DNA of 63,736 nucleotides, filler included, from Licmophora abbreviata (GCA_900291995.1; 22 parts of 22 records of this genome joined end to end with filler, not necessarily neighbours in it); one strand, 5' to 3'; positions 47,797 to 59,965 are shown, numbered from the whole stretch's first letter. Numbers and translations: made by a program. Notes: a model not told the origin generated them from the letters alone.

Positions 47797-47903
47797 GACT
47801 GACCACGGGCATGTCAGGCGCCACGGGCGCATCAGGAACTGACGGGCCGGGCAACGGGAGCCCGATCGCCCCCGCTGCAGTCCGCCAAGGAGAGTGAACG
47901 CGC

Positions 47904-49427
47904 ATGGCGCAGAAAACCGACAATCCGGCCGATCCGTTCAAGAAGGCGCTGGCCCAAGCGACCAAGGTGATGGCCGACGATTCCGATCTGAACGTCAGCT
48001 ATTCGGTCGATCCTGCCGGACTGTCGGGCGATTCTCTGCGCTTGCCGCAGATCAGTCGCCGCATGACACGCGACGAGGTACTGCAGGCGCGCGGCACCGC
48101 CGATGCTCTGGCGCTGCGGCACAGATATCACGATGCGGCCACCCATGCGCGCTATTCCCCGGCGGGCGAGATGGCGCGCGATCTCTATGAAGCCATGGAA
48201 ACCGCCCGCTGCGAAGCGATCGGGGCGCGTCACATGCCCGGCACGGCTGGCAATATCGACGCCAAGATCGGCGCCGACGCCGACAGGCTGGGCTATGGCG
48301 GGATCACCACCCCCGCCGATGCGCCGCTGGCCACGGCTGCGGGCTATCTTGTGCGGCATCTGGCGACAGGGCGCGATCTGCCGCCCGCCGCGCAGAATGT
48401 CATGAACCTGTGGCGCGATTTCATCGAGCAGCAGGCCGGCGGCACGCTGGAAAATCTGGAAAAGACGCTGGCGGATCAGACCGAATTCGCACGCTTTGCC
48501 CGCAAGGTCATCGAGGATCTGGGATACGGCGACCAGTTGGGCGACGATCCCGACGCTCCCGATGACGATCAGGACGACGAGGCCGAACAGACCCCCGAGG
48601 AAGACGAGCAGCCCGACAGCTCGGGTCAGGACGAGAGCGACGAAAGCGACGCCGAGGCCAATCCCGAGCAAAGTCAGGAGCAGCAGCAGGACGACGCGCA
48701 AGCCCAGGTCAGCATGGACGACATGGCCGATGAGGACATGGGCGAAGAGACCGAATTGCCCGAAGGCGAGGCCCCGATGGAGCCGCCCGCCCCTGCCCCG
48801 GTTTCGGATGCTGACCCCAATTACACCGTCTATTCCACCGAATATGACGAGGAAATCCGCGCCGAGGATCTGGCCGAACCCGTCGAACTTGAACGCTTGC
48901 GCGCCTATCTCGATCAGCAGCTCGATCCGCTGAAAGGCGCCGTAAGTCGGCTGGCCAACAAGCTGCAACGCCGTCTGCAGGCCCAGCAAAGCCGCAGTTG
49001 GGAATTCGACCGCGAAGAAGGCATTCTGGACGCCGGGCGCCTTGCGCGCGTGGTGGCCAACCCGACCACCCCTCTGAGCTTCAAGGTCGAGAAGGACATG
49101 GAGTTCCGCGACACGGTGGTGACGCTGCTTCTGGACAATTCCGGGTCTATGCGCGGGCGGCCGATCTCCATCGCCGCGATCTGCGCAGATGTTCTGGCCC
49201 GCACGCTGGAAAGATGCAGCGTCAAAGTCGAGATCCTGGGCTTCACCACCCGCGCCTGGAAGGGAGGTCAAAGCCGCGAGGCGTGGCTGAACGAGGGGCG
49301 TCGGCAGGTTCCCGGACGTCTCAACGATCTGCGCCACATCATCTACAAATCCGCCGATGCGCCGATGCGGCGCACTCGGGACAATCTGGGCCTGATGATG
49401 AAAGAGGGGCTGCTCAAGGAAAATATC
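47904..49427 (+). CDS. cobT: Cobaltochelatase subunit CobT (3' end in gap)
   Basis: Acidic linker, [23 protein letters not shown]. Confidence 0.95.
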
Positions 49428-49527
49428 NNNNNNNNNNNNNNNNNNNNNNNNNNNNNNNNNNNNNNNNNNNNTTAATTAATTAANNNNNNNNNNNNNNNNN
49501 NNNNNNNNNNNNNNNNNNNNNNNNNNN

Positions 49528-50852
49528 AGCCACCCTGCGGGGCGATCCGCGTCTATCCCGAGGATCTGGCGGGCGAGTCGCATAGTGACAAGCGGCGCCG
49601 TGTGGCTGCGGCCCTGCGTAATGCGGGACATACATGCGCGGTGATCACCCTGCCCGACTCGATCGCGTGGCTGCTCAATATCCGCGGCAGCGACATTCCC
49701 CGCAATCCGGTTCCCCATGCCTTCGCCGTGCTGCATTCGGACGCGCATCTGACGCTCTATGTCGAGGCAGGCAAACTGGACGAGGCCGTGCGCGACCATC
49801 TGGGAGAGGATGTCACCATCCGCCCGCCAAGCGCCTTCTCCCCGGGGCTGCGCAGTCTTGGCGGCCCTGTGCGTCTGGACAAGGGCAGCGTGCCTGTCTG
49901 GGTCGCCAGCCAACTGGACGAGGCGAATGTCGCGCATGTCTGGGGGGATGATCCCTGCATCCTGCCCAAAGCCTGCAAGAGCCGCGCCGAGATCGCCGCC
50001 ACAAGCAAGGCGCATCTGCGCGATGGGTCTGCGGTCTGTGCGTTTCTTGCCTGGTTTGACGATCAGCCCCCCGGCACGCTCACCGAAATCGACGTGGTCA
50101 CCGAGCTTGAAGCCTGCCGCCGGGCGACGGGAAAGCTTCTGGATATCAGCTTCGACACCATCGCCGGGAGCGGCCCGAACGGCGCTCTGGCGCATTACCG
50201 GGTGACACGCAAGACAAACCGGGTGCTGTCCGACGGTGACTTGCTGGTGCTCGACAGCGGCGGGCAATATCTGGATGGTACCACCGACATCACGCGCACC
50301 CTGCCCGTGGGCCAACCCGGCCCGGACGAGCGCGCGGCCTTCACACGGGTTCTGCAGGGAATGATCGCGATGAGCCGCACCCGTTGGCCACGCGGTCTGT
50401 CCGGGCGCGATCTGGATGCGATTGCGCGGCATCCGCTATGGCTGGCCGATCAGGATTACGGCCACGGGACAGGGCATGGCGTGGGCGTGCATCTGTGCGT
50501 TCACGAAGGACCGCAGCGCCTGTCGAAAAGCGGTGAGGTCACGCTGGAGCCGGGGATGATCCTGTCGAACGAGCCCGGATATTACCGCGAGGGCGCTTTT
50601 GGCATCCGTATCGAAAATCTGCTCGTCGTCACCGAGGCGCAGACCCTGCCCGGCGGCGACGCCAGCGGCAAGCTATGTTTCGAGACGCTGAGTTTCGTTC
50701 CCATCGACCGCCGTCTGATCCTGCTGGAGATGCTGACAGATCCCGAGCGCGACTGGCTCAATGCCTATCATGCTGAATGTTGGGAAAAAATCGGGCCTCG
50801 GATGTCGGGGCCGGCTGAATTATGGTTGCGCCATGCAACCGATCCCCTGTGA
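49528..50852 (+). CDS. Aminopeptidase P family protein (5' end in gap)
   Basis: DSGGQYLDGTTDITRT, HGTGHGVG, HEGP, EPGYY, GIRIEN. Confidence 0.94.
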
Positions 50853-50914
50853 CACATTGCTGTAACAAAGCGACGGCACTTGAGGACGTGAAGAAAAACA
50901 AGAAAGGGATAATG

Positions 50915-51256
50915 ATGGCTGATATCACCATACGCAAGGCCGAAGGCACATGGACAGTTCGTGCAGGCGGAGCGGTTCTTGCAGAAAGCAAGAACGCACT
51001 GGAACTCGTCGAAGACGGGTATCCGTACGTGATCTATTTTCCGCGCGACGATATCGCCATGGCCTTTCTCGATGAAACCGATCACCGGACGACCTGCCCC
51101 AAAAAGGGCGAGGCGCATTACTATTCCATCGTGACGAAAAGCCAGACGCTTGAAAACGCGGCCTGGAGTTATCCGGACCCCAAGGACGATGTCGCCCGGA
51201 TCAAGGATCATCTGGCGTTCTACAGCAGCGATGCCGTCACGGTCGAGCGGGTCTGA
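50915..51256 (+). CDS. DUF427 domain protein
   Basis: YFPRDD, TCPKKGEAHYY, AAWSY. Confidence 0.9.
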   Translation: MADITIRKAEGTWTVRAGGAVLAESKNALELVEDGYPYVIYFPRDDIAMAFLDETDHRTTCPKKGEAHYYSIVTKSQTLENAAWSYPDPKDDVARIKDHLAFYSSDAVTVERV

Positions 51257-51283
51257 CGCCGGTTTAACCGCTGCCTGGGCGCG

Positions 51284-53018
51284 CTAGCTGTGTTCTTCTT
51301 CGGACACAGCAGCCAGCGCCCTGTTGTACATCTTGAGAGCATCGACATGGAACAGCGCGCCCAGCAATTCGGGCGGCTGTCCCTCGCCCTTGAGCATGAC
51401 GACAGGAAGAAACGGAACCCCCGTTCGGTCAAAGATCGGCATCGCCGCTTCTAGCGTGGCGTTGCCGTCGACATAAAGCCCCTGCTCGATCAGCTCCCAG
51501 CATTTTTCCTCACGGGCCGGGCGTTCGTGGTCGGACTTGCGCATCAGCCGTTCGACGCGGAACATCGCCAGAAGATAGCTTTGCGGTCCAGCAGCCAGCC
51601 GGCGTCCGCGCCGCTCAAGCTGCGTCAGGAAGAATGACCGCTTCACCAGCTTGGCGCCAAGCGCCGTGGACATCGACACCGCAACCATCACCGCAAGGCC
51701 CGTCTGCCAGTCGCCGGTGAGTTCGAACACGATCAGCGTGGTCGAAATCGGCGCTCCCAGAACCGCCGCCGCAACAGCGCCCATTCCCGCCAAGGCATAA
51801 AGCGTGACCGAACCCGACACCTCGNNNNNNNNNNNNNNNNNNNNNNNNNNNNNNNNNNNNNNNNNNNNTTAATTAATTAANNNNNNNNNNNNNNNNNNNN
51901 NNNNNNNNNNNNNNNNNNNNNNNNATAAGCGATGGCGAGAACACCCCGCCGCCCATCCGACCGCCGATCGTGATGGACACCGCAAGCACCTTGAGAATGG
52001 CGAAGATCACGACCTCATGCAGCAAAAGCTGGCCTGTCAGCGCAAGAGAGGTCGTCTCGTATCCGACACCGATGATATGCGGAAACCAGATCGCCAGCAC
52101 CCCCAGCAGACCGCCCGCCACCGCCGGACGCAGCCATCGCGGCAAGCGGATCCGCTTTTGCATGTAACTGGCCATGTCTTCGGCAAAAAAGATCGAGTGC
52201 ATCATCACCGTGGCGACAACACCGCAGACAAGCCCCAGCAGTAGGAAAGCGGGCAGTTCGACATAGAATTCCAGCACGCTGACCGCAGGTAAGGTGAATT
52301 CCGTGATGTCGCCGAATTCAAGGCGGTTGATGACCGTGCCCGCGACGCTGGCAATCACGATCGGGGCAAAGGCATGCAGCGCGAAATGGCGCAGCACCAC
52401 CTCGAGCGCGAAAAGCGCCCCTGCAATCGGCGCGTTGAAAGACGCCGAGACCGCAGCGGCAACCGCACATCCCAAAAGATCGCGGCCGGTGATCCCATCG
52501 GCGTTGATCCGGTCGCTCACCCAGCTCGAGATCACGCCGGCCATATGCACGACCGGTCCCTCGCGCCCCGAAGACCCGCCCGTGCCAAGCGTGATCAGCG
52601 ACGCGAAGGCAGAGGCGACACCCTCACGCCCCTCGACCCGGCCATCTTTGAGCGCGGCCCCTTCGATCACATCCGAGACCGACCGCACCCGCGCATCATC
52701 CGTGAACAGATGCAATATGATCCCGACGACCAGACCGCCGAGGATCGGCACGATCAAAACCCAATACCAGGGCAAGGTTTCGGCCAGTGAATGCAACTGG
52801 CCCGGATCATCAGAACCATAGGCGAGGTTTTGGAGCGCCGCGATCCCCTTGCGGAACAACAACGCGGCAAAACCGGCGGCGATCCCTATGGCAAGAGCGA
52901 TCAGCCAGAACTGGAACTGGCTTGGCCCCCGATGCAGCAGCACGTCCCAGCCGCTGCGCACGGCACCGCGCGCGGCGGTCGCCTTCTGTCGGAAAATAGA
53001 CTGTTCGCCGTCGTTCAT
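51284..53018 (-). CDS. ClC chloride channel/antiporter with C-terminal CBS region (split by gap 51825-51924)
   Basis: GSSGREGP, FNAPIAG, GGVFSPSL, APISTTLIVFELTG. Confidence 0.93.
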
Positions 53019-53103
53019 TGCCTGCCACTTGCCGGGTCGAGCGCTCTTTTCCCTGCGCTTTGCTTACCGTAACCTGAACCTGTAGCAGTTCTGGAGGGCA
53101 GTC

Positions 53104-54579
53104 ATGGGCGCGCAGGAAGCAATCGCCGAGATATCCACGTTTCTAGGCCAACGGCTCAGCCGGTCCAAGTCCGATTTGAACCTGCATGGCAGAAGCGAAA
53201 GTCATTTTCCCTGCAGCCCACCGAATGCGGTCGCCTATCCTGAAACCACGGAAGAGGTCGCAAGGATCGTAACCGCTTGCGCAAAGGCCGAGTGCGCGGT
53301 GATCGGATGGGGAACCGGAACCTCGCTTGAAGGGCAGGCCCAGGCCTTTCAGGGGGGAATAAGCGTGGATTTCAGCCGGATGAACCGCATCCTTGCCGTG
53401 CATCCCGAAGACATGGACGTGACGGTTCAGCCGGGGGTGACGCGCGAATCGCTGAACGAAGAGCTCCGCGCGACGGGATTGTTCTTTCCCGTGGATCCCG
53501 GCGCCAATGCCTCGATCGGGGGCATGACCTCGACCCGTGCAAGCGGCACAACTGCGGTGCGCTATGGCACGATGCGCGACAATGTTCTGGGGCTTGAGGT
53601 GGTGACCGCGTCGGGCGAAGTGATCCGCACCGGCACACGCGCGCGCAAATCGTCTTCGGGCTATGACCTCACGGGGCTGTTCGTGGGATCGGAAGGCACG
53701 CTTGGTCTGATCACCGAGGTCACGTTGCGCCTGCACGGTCAACCNNNNNNNNNNNNNNNNNNNNNNNNNNNNNNNNNNNNNNNNNNNNTTAATTAATTAA
53801 NNNNNNNNNNNNNNNNNNNNNNNNNNNNNNNNNNNNNNNNNNNNGAAGCGATATCAAGCGCGGTCTGCGGGTTCGAGACGGTCGGCGATGCGGTGCAGGC
53901 GGTTATCGAGACCATCCAGATGGGGATCCCGATGGCGCGGATCGAGCTGATGGATCCCGCCAGTGTCGCCGCCGTCAATGCCTATGCCGGGATGGACTTG
54001 CCCGAACGGCCGCATCTTCTTCTGGAGTTTCACGGCTCGGATGCGGGCGTGGCGGAACAGGCGGAAACCTTCGGACTGATCGCCGCCGAGCATCGCGGCA
54101 CAGGCTTCGACTGGGCCACGCGACCCGAGGATCGCACCGCGCTCTGGACCATGCGGCACAATGCCTATCACGCGATCCTTGCCAGTCGCCCCGGAATGCG
54201 GGCCTTGGTCACCGACATTTGCGTGCCGATTTCGCGGCTGGCCGAAGCGATCGAGACGACCCGCGCGGATCTTGAAGCCACCGGCATACCCGGCCCGATA
54301 TTGGGCCATGTCGGAGACGGCAATTTCCATGCGATCCTGCTTTTCGACGACACCGATACCGAAGCGGTCGGCAAGGCCATGGCCGTCTCGGAGCGCATGG
54401 TCGAGTGCGCGCTGGCACTTGGCGGCACGGCCACCGGCGAGCACGGCATAGGCATCGGCAAACTTGGCTACATGGAGCGCGAACATGGGGCGGCCTGGGG
54501 CGTGATGGGTGCGCTAAAGCGGGCGCTTGATCCCAAAGGTATCATGAACCCCGGCAAACTGGTCCCGCCTGACAGCTGA
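53104..54579 (+). CDS. FAD-linked oxidase, D-lactate dehydrogenase/GlcD family (split by gap 53745-53844)
   Basis: GTGTSLEG, GSEGTLG, GHVGDGNFH, GEHGIG, MNPGK. Confidence 0.92.
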
Positions 54580-54610
54580 CACCCGGCGCCAGAGGAGGCG
54601 CTGCGACCGA

Positions 54611-55768
54611 TCAGCCTGCCATCAAGGCTTCGGCCGCGGCCCGCGCCTCTGCCGTGATCCGGTCACCGGACAACATGCGGGCGATCTCGTCCACGCGGTC
54701 AGGCTGCGAAAGAGGCGTGACCGTCGACAAGGTAATATCGTGCACAACCTTCTTTTCGACGCGCCAGTGATGCGCGCCACGGGCGGCCACCTGCGGCGAG
54801 TGCGTGACCACCAGCACCTGGCCACCGCCAGCCAGTTGCGCAAGCCGCCGCCCCACCGCATCCGCTGTCGCCCCGCCGACACCGCGGTCGATCTCGTCGA
54901 AAATCATGGTCAGCCCTGAGTCGGTTCCGGTCAGACAGACTTTCAGGGCCAGAAGGAACCGGCTGAGTTCGCCACCGGAGGCGATTTTGTTGAGCGGACC
55001 GGCAGGCGCGCCGGGATTGGTTGCCACTGTGAATGTCACGCTGTCACGCCCGTCGGGTCCGGGATCCGAGCGCGTGATCTCGGTCGAGAAGACCGCGCGT
55101 TCCATCTTGAGCGGCGCAAGTTCTGCGGTCACCGCATGATCCAGACGATCTGCGGCCTCTTTGCGCGCAGCGGTCAGCGCATCGGCGGTCGCGTCATACT
55201 CCGCCTGAGCCTGCGCGAGGGCCGTGCGCAACGCGGCGATATCGGCATCCCCCTGATCCAAAGCCGCAAGCTTTCTGCGCAATTCAGTCGCGAAACGCGC
55301 CAGATCATCCGGGGCCACGCCATGTTTGCGGGCAAGCGCGCGGATCGCGAACAGACGTTCCTCGGCTTCTTCCAGTTCCAGAGGATTGAAGGTCAACCCG
55401 TCAAGACAGCGGGTCACGCCCTGCGTCGCCTCGTCAAGCTCCACCATGGCGCGGCTCAGCGCAGCAATCGGCTCGTCCAATTGCCCTTCGGCGCGATCCG
55501 CCACCCCCTCGAGCCAGCGCAACGCGTCCCCCGCAGCGCCCTCGGCCCCTTCAAAGCCAAGCGCCGCCTGAGCGCGCAGGATATCTTCCCGGATACGCTC
55601 GGCCTGTTGCATCAAGCGGCGTCGCGCATCGAGCGCGTCGTCCTCGCCCGGTTGGGGATCGAGCGTATCCAACTCGGCCACGGCATGACGCAGGAACTCT
55701 TCTTCGGTGCGCACCTCCTGCAAGGCAGCCTCGGCGCGAGACAGCACCTTGCCCGCATCGGCCACCGC
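54611..55768 (-). CDS. recN: DNA repair protein RecN (5' end in gap)
   Basis: ASGGELSR, IFDEIDRGVGG, VTHSPQVAA, EIARML. Confidence 0.96.
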   Translation of the reverse strand, partial: AVADAGKVLSRAEAALQEVRTEEEFLRHAVAELDTLDPQPGEDDALDARRRLMQQAERIREDILRAQAALGFEGAEGAAGDALRWLEGVADRAEGQLDEPIAALSRAMVELDEATQGVTRCLDGLTFNPLELEEAEERLFAIRALARKHGVAPDDLARFATELRRKLAALDQGDADIAALRTALAQAQAEYDATADALTAARKEAADRLDHAVTAELAPLKMERAVFSTEITRSDPGPDGRDSVTFTVATNPGAPAGPLNKIASGGELSRFLLALKVCLTGTDSGLTMIFDEIDRGVGGATADAVGRRLAQLAGGGQVLVVTHSPQVAARGAHHWRVEKKVVHDITLSTVTPLSQPDRVDEIARMLSGDRITAEARAAAEALMAG

Positions 55769-55868
55769 NNNNNNNNNNNNNNNNNNNNNNNNNNNNNNNN
55801 NNNNNNNNNNNNTTAATTAATTAANNNNNNNNNNNNNNNNNNNNNNNNNNNNNNNNNNNNNNNNNNNN

Positions 55869-57034
55869 CATCTGCCGCGTCCCCTCAGGATATCGCCGAT
55901 CTCACCTTGAGCGCGGGTCCGCGTGAAGGCAAAGAGCATCCCGATCGCAATGCCCCCGGCGATCAGCGACGAGCCGCCATAACTCACGAAGGGCAGCGTC
56001 ATGCCCTTGGCCGGCAGCAAGCGGACCGCCACGCCCATATTGATCATCGCCTGCACGCCGAACATCACCACGAGTCCTGTCCCCGCCAGCCGGATGAACG
56101 GATCGCGTTCACGCACCAGACGCAACAGGGAGCGCACGACGATGATCCCGTAAAGCGCGATGATGCACAGCACCAGCACCAGGCCATATTCCTCGGCGGC
56201 CACGGCGATGATGAAATCCGTATGCGCATCGGGCAGTGACCATTTCACCTCGCCCTCGCCCACACCGACCCCGAAAAATCCGCCTTCGCGAATGGCATTG
56301 GTGGCAAAACCAAGCTGCGTGTTGGGATCGACATCCGGACTGAGAAAGCCGTCGATCCGGCGTGCGAAATGCTCGGAATTCGAATAGGCGAAACTGCCCG
56401 CCAGCACCGCGCATCCCGCCATTCCCAGAAGCAGAAGGATCGGTGCGCCCGCAACGAAATACATGACACCCCAGCCGAACAGCACCAGACAGGCCTGCCC
56501 GAAATCCGGCTGCATCGCCAGAAGCGTCACGATCACCAGCGTCAGGCCGAACGACCAAGTCAGCCCCGGCGGCCCGTTGATGTCCTGACTGGCTGCCATC
56601 ATCCACGCCGCCACGACAACAAATCCAGGCTTGAGAAATTCCGACGGCTGGACGCTGGCAAACCCGAGGCTGAACCAACGTACCGCCCCCTTGCCGAAAT
56701 CGGTGCCGAAAAACGGCAGCAGGCACAGCGCCACGAACGCAACCAGAAACCCGAGCACCGCAAGGCGCCGGACCAGATGCGGGTTCATCATCGAGGTCAG
56801 CAACATGGCGCTCAGCGCAAGCGTCCCGAACAGGGCTTGTCGCTCGACATAGTGAAAGGGCGAAAACCCGTTCTTCTCGGCAAGCGGCGGCGAGGCCGCG
56901 AGCCCCAGCAAGATACCGATCCCGAAAAGAATGAGAATGCAGGACATCGACCATTTGTCGATCGTCCGCCACCATTTGGGAAGTACTGGCTCCGTTTCCC
57001 TGACCGGGATCGTGCCATAGACCATCTCTGTCAT
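55869..57034 (-). CDS. ftsW: Cell division SEDS protein FtsW (stop codon runs into gap)
   Basis: QPSEFLK, QPDFG, LPDAHTDF, LPFVSYGGSS. Confidence 0.96.
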
Positions 57035-57138
57035 ATGAACCGCCGCAACTGCCTCGTGAGTGTCCCGTTTTCGGGATCTTGGCATTTATCCTAGCAGCAG
57101 AACCGCTCCGTGGGAAGCCATCTTGACGCAACCCGGCG

Positions 57139-57171
57139 CTTCTTCTGGCCGAAAATATCCCCGCCGGAGGC
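57139..57171. repeat. Short intergenic repeat copy (CTTCTTCTGGCCGAAAATATCCCCGCCGGAGGC)
   Basis: Resembles 18949-18970. Confidence 0.5.
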
Positions 57172-57246
57172 ATCCGACAGCAGCCACCGCGCACCGGCGC
57201 GCGAAACGGATTGACCCCGCCTGCCTCATGGGCCAATGCACGGCGC

Positions 57247-58425
57247 ATGAAGGTCAAAACGCTCATTCTGGGGGCCGGCGCGGCTGGCATGATGTGCGCA
57301 GCCCATGCCGGGCCGGACACATTGGTGATCGATCACGCCAAGGCCCCGGGCGAGAAGATCCGGATTTCGGGCGGCGGGCGGTGCAATTTCACCAATCTGC
57401 ATGCCGGTCCGGACAATTTCCTGTCCGACAATCCGCATTTCTGCAAATCGGCACTGAAACGCTATACGCAGTGGGATTTCATAGATCTGGTCGCCCGCCA
57501 TCGCATCGCTTGGCACGAAAAGACGCTTGGCCAGCTCTTCTGCGACGAAAAATCTTTGCAGATCATCGACATGCTGCGCGCCGAAATGGACGGCGCGGGT
57601 GCGCGGCTGTGGCTGCGCAGCGCGCTTGTCGAGCTGTCGCATGACGGGAGCGCCTTTCACGCGCAGATCGACCATGAGGGCAGCCGCGTGATGATCGAGG
57701 CGCGCAACCTCGTGGTGGCCACCGGGGGAAAGTCGATCCCCAAGATGGGTGCTACGCGGCTGGCCTATGACATCGCCGCGCAATTCGGCCATCAGGTGAC
57801 CGACACACGGCCCGCGCTTGTGCCGCTGACCTTTTCGGATCAGCGCTTTGCCGCGATCTCGGGCGTCGCCGCACCGGCGCGGGTGTCGAATGCGCGCGGC
57901 AGCTTCGACGAGGCGGTGCTGTTCACGCATCGCGGCCTGTCCGGCCCCGCGATCCTGCAAATCTCGTCCTATTGGCGCGAGGGCGAGGAGATCGTGATCG
58001 ATCTGGACCCCGATGCGCAGCTTCTGGACGATTTGCGCGCGCAGCGTCAGGCATCCGGGCGTCGTAGCGTCGCAAATGAATTGGCAAAACATCTGCCCAC
58101 ACGGCTTGTCGATCACATTGCACCAGAAGTGTTACCGAAAGGTAACCTTGCCGATCACTCCGACACTGCCCTGTCCGGAATCGTGGATCATCTGCGCCAT
58201 TGGCGGCTGAAACCCACCGGCTCCGAGGGCTACCGCACCGCCGAGGTCACGCTTGGCGGCGTGGCGACCGACGGGCTGTCGTCGCGCACGATGATGTCCC
58301 AGACCGTTCCAGGCCTTTATTTCATTGGCGAGGCTGTCGATGTGACCGGCTGGCTGGGCGGCTATAATTTCCAATGGGCCTGGTCCTCGGGCTGGGCTGC
58401 GGGAACTGCGATTGCATCCGGCTGA
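57247..58425 (+). CDS. HI0933/YhiN/BaiN-family flavoprotein
   Basis: GAGAAG, KIRISGGGRCNFTN, AEVTLGGV, GWLGGYNFQWA. Confidence 0.94.
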   Translation: MKVKTLILGAGAAGMMCAAHAGPDTLVIDHAKAPGEKIRISGGGRCNFTNLHAGPDNFLSDNPHFCKSALKRYTQWDFIDLVARHRIAWHEKTLGQLFCDEKSLQIIDMLRAEMDGAGARLWLRSALVELSHDGSAFHAQIDHEGSRVMIEARNLVVATGGKSIPKMGATRLAYDIAAQFGHQVTDTRPALVPLTFSDQRFAAISGVAAPARVSNARGSFDEAVLFTHRGLSGPAILQISSYWREGEEIVIDLDPDAQLLDDLRAQRQASGRRSVANELAKHLPTRLVDHIAPEVLPKGNLADHSDTALSGIVDHLRHWRLKPTGSEGYRTAEVTLGGVATDGLSSRTMMSQTVPGLYFIGEAVDVTGWLGGYNFQWAWSSGWAAGTAIASG

Positions 58426-58431
58426 TCCAGG

Positions 58432-59829
58432 TCAGAGCCGCGCCCTGACCTGAGCGATGAAATCCTCGCCACGCTTTTCGAAATTGTCGTATTGGTCGAA
58501 ACTGGCCGCCGCAGGGGCCAGAAGCACGGTCTCGCCCGGTTGGGCGTCGGCCATGGCATGCGCGACAGCGGTTTGCATCGTGGTGCAGGTCTCGGCCTCG
58601 GTCCCGGTCAGCTGCAGGGCGAACTGCGCCGCGTCGCGCCCGATCACATAGGCCTTGAGCACATTGCGCAGGCCCGGCGCCAGCCTGGCAAGCCCGCCTT
58701 CCTTTTGCAGGCCACCACAGATCCAGCGGATATTGGCGAATGCGTTCAAGGCCTTGAGGGCAGAATCCACATTGGTGGCCTTGCTGTCGTTGACGAAGGT
58801 GACGCCGTCTTTTTCGGCGATGACCTGGCTGCGATGCGGCAGGCCCGCAAAGCTGTGGAAGGCCCGCTCGATCACCTTGGGCGAGAGGCCCAGGCTGCGG
58901 CAGGCGGCATAGGCGGCGCAGGCGTTCTGGTGGTTGTGCTGTCCCGGCAAGCCCTTGATATCACGCAGATCTATGGCGCCTTGCTGCTTGCCCTTGCGGT
59001 ATTCGCTCAGAAACCCCTTGCGGGCAAAGACCGACCAGCCCGGCCCGGCCAGTTTGCGGTCCACCGAGATGCGGATGACCCGGTCATCGCCCGGGGCGGT
59101 GGCAAGCTGGCCTGCCATGAACAGCCCCTCAGGCTCGTCGATGCCGATCACGGCGCGATCCGGGCCGCCTTCGGCAAAGAGTCGGCGCTTGGCCGCGAAA
59201 TAGCCGCCCAGACCCGCGTGCCGGTCCAGGTGATCGGGAGAAAGGTTCGTGAAAACAGCGACATCCGGGGTCAGGGCACGGGCCAGCTCGGTCTGGTAGC
59301 TGCTGAGCTCCAGAACCACCACGCCACCATCGCCCGGAGGGTCGATGTCCAGAACGCCGCGGCCTATGTTGCCGGCCAGTTGCACGTCCTTGCCCGCCTC
59401 GTGCAGGACATGGTGGATCAGGGCCGAAGTGGTTGATTTTCCATTGCTTCCCGTCACCGCGACCACCCGGGGCGCCACGTCATGCACGGCCCAGTCCGCG
59501 CCGCCGAGAGAGGCGAAAAACAGCCCGATGTCATTGTCCACGGGCACACCTGCCTGCAGCGCGTTGGCAACCGCCTTGTTGGGCTGGGGGTAGAGATGCG
59601 GGATACCGGGGCTGACGATCAGGCAGGCGATGTCGTCAAACGCGCCATCGCGGGACAAGTCCTTGATCTCAAAGCCTTCTTCTGCGGCCATATCGCGCGC
59701 CTCGGGGTTGTCATCCCAGGCCAGAACATAAGCGCCGCCCACCCGAAGGGCACGGCCTGCCGACAGACCGGACCGGCCCAATCCCAGCACCGCGACGCGC
59801 TGCCCGTCATATCCAGTTACCGGTATCAT
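58432..59829 (-). CDS. murD: UDP-MurNAc-L-Ala:D-Glu ligase
   Basis: [40 protein letters not shown]. Confidence 0.97.
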   Translation of the reverse strand: MIPVTGYDGQRVAVLGLGRSGLSAGRALRVGGAYVLAWDDNPEARDMAAEEGFEIKDLSRDGAFDDIACLIVSPGIPHLYPQPNKAVANALQAGVPVDNDIGLFFASLGGADWAVHDVAPRVVAVTGSNGKSTTSALIHHVLHEAGKDVQLAGNIGRGVLDIDPPGDGGVVVLELSSYQTELARALTPDVAVFTNLSPDHLDRHAGLGGYFAAKRRLFAEGGPDRAVIGIDEPEGLFMAGQLATAPGDDRVIRISVDRKLAGPGWSVFARKGFLSEYRKGKQQGAIDLRDIKGLPGQHNHQNACAAYAACRSLGLSPKVIERAFHSFAGLPHRSQVIAEKDGVTFVNDSKATNVDSALKALNAFANIRWICGGLQKEGGLARLAPGLRNVLKAYVIGRDAAQFALQLTGTEAETCTTMQTAVAHAMADAQPGETVLLAPAAASFDQYDNFEKRGEDFIAQVRARL

Positions 59830-59910
59830 GGCTGTTTCCTTGCTGTCATCGGCGCGCAGATTGCCCCCTCGAGCCGGGCTGTGCAAGCGGCTTTGGGGGG
59901 CCGTTTTCGG

Positions 59911-59965
59911 CGGTCGGTATCACGTCGGTATAACGTCGGTATTGCGTCGGTGCGGATGTCGGTGC
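59911..59965 (-). repeat. 11-bp tandem repeat element, copy C (5 units)
   Basis: Minus strand: GCACCGACATCC GCACCGACGCA ATACCGACGTT ATACCGACGTG ATACCGACCG. Confidence 0.9.

Noticed and set aside
48540..48790. Low-complexity acidic stretch in cobT
   Set aside because: Normal CobT acidic linker
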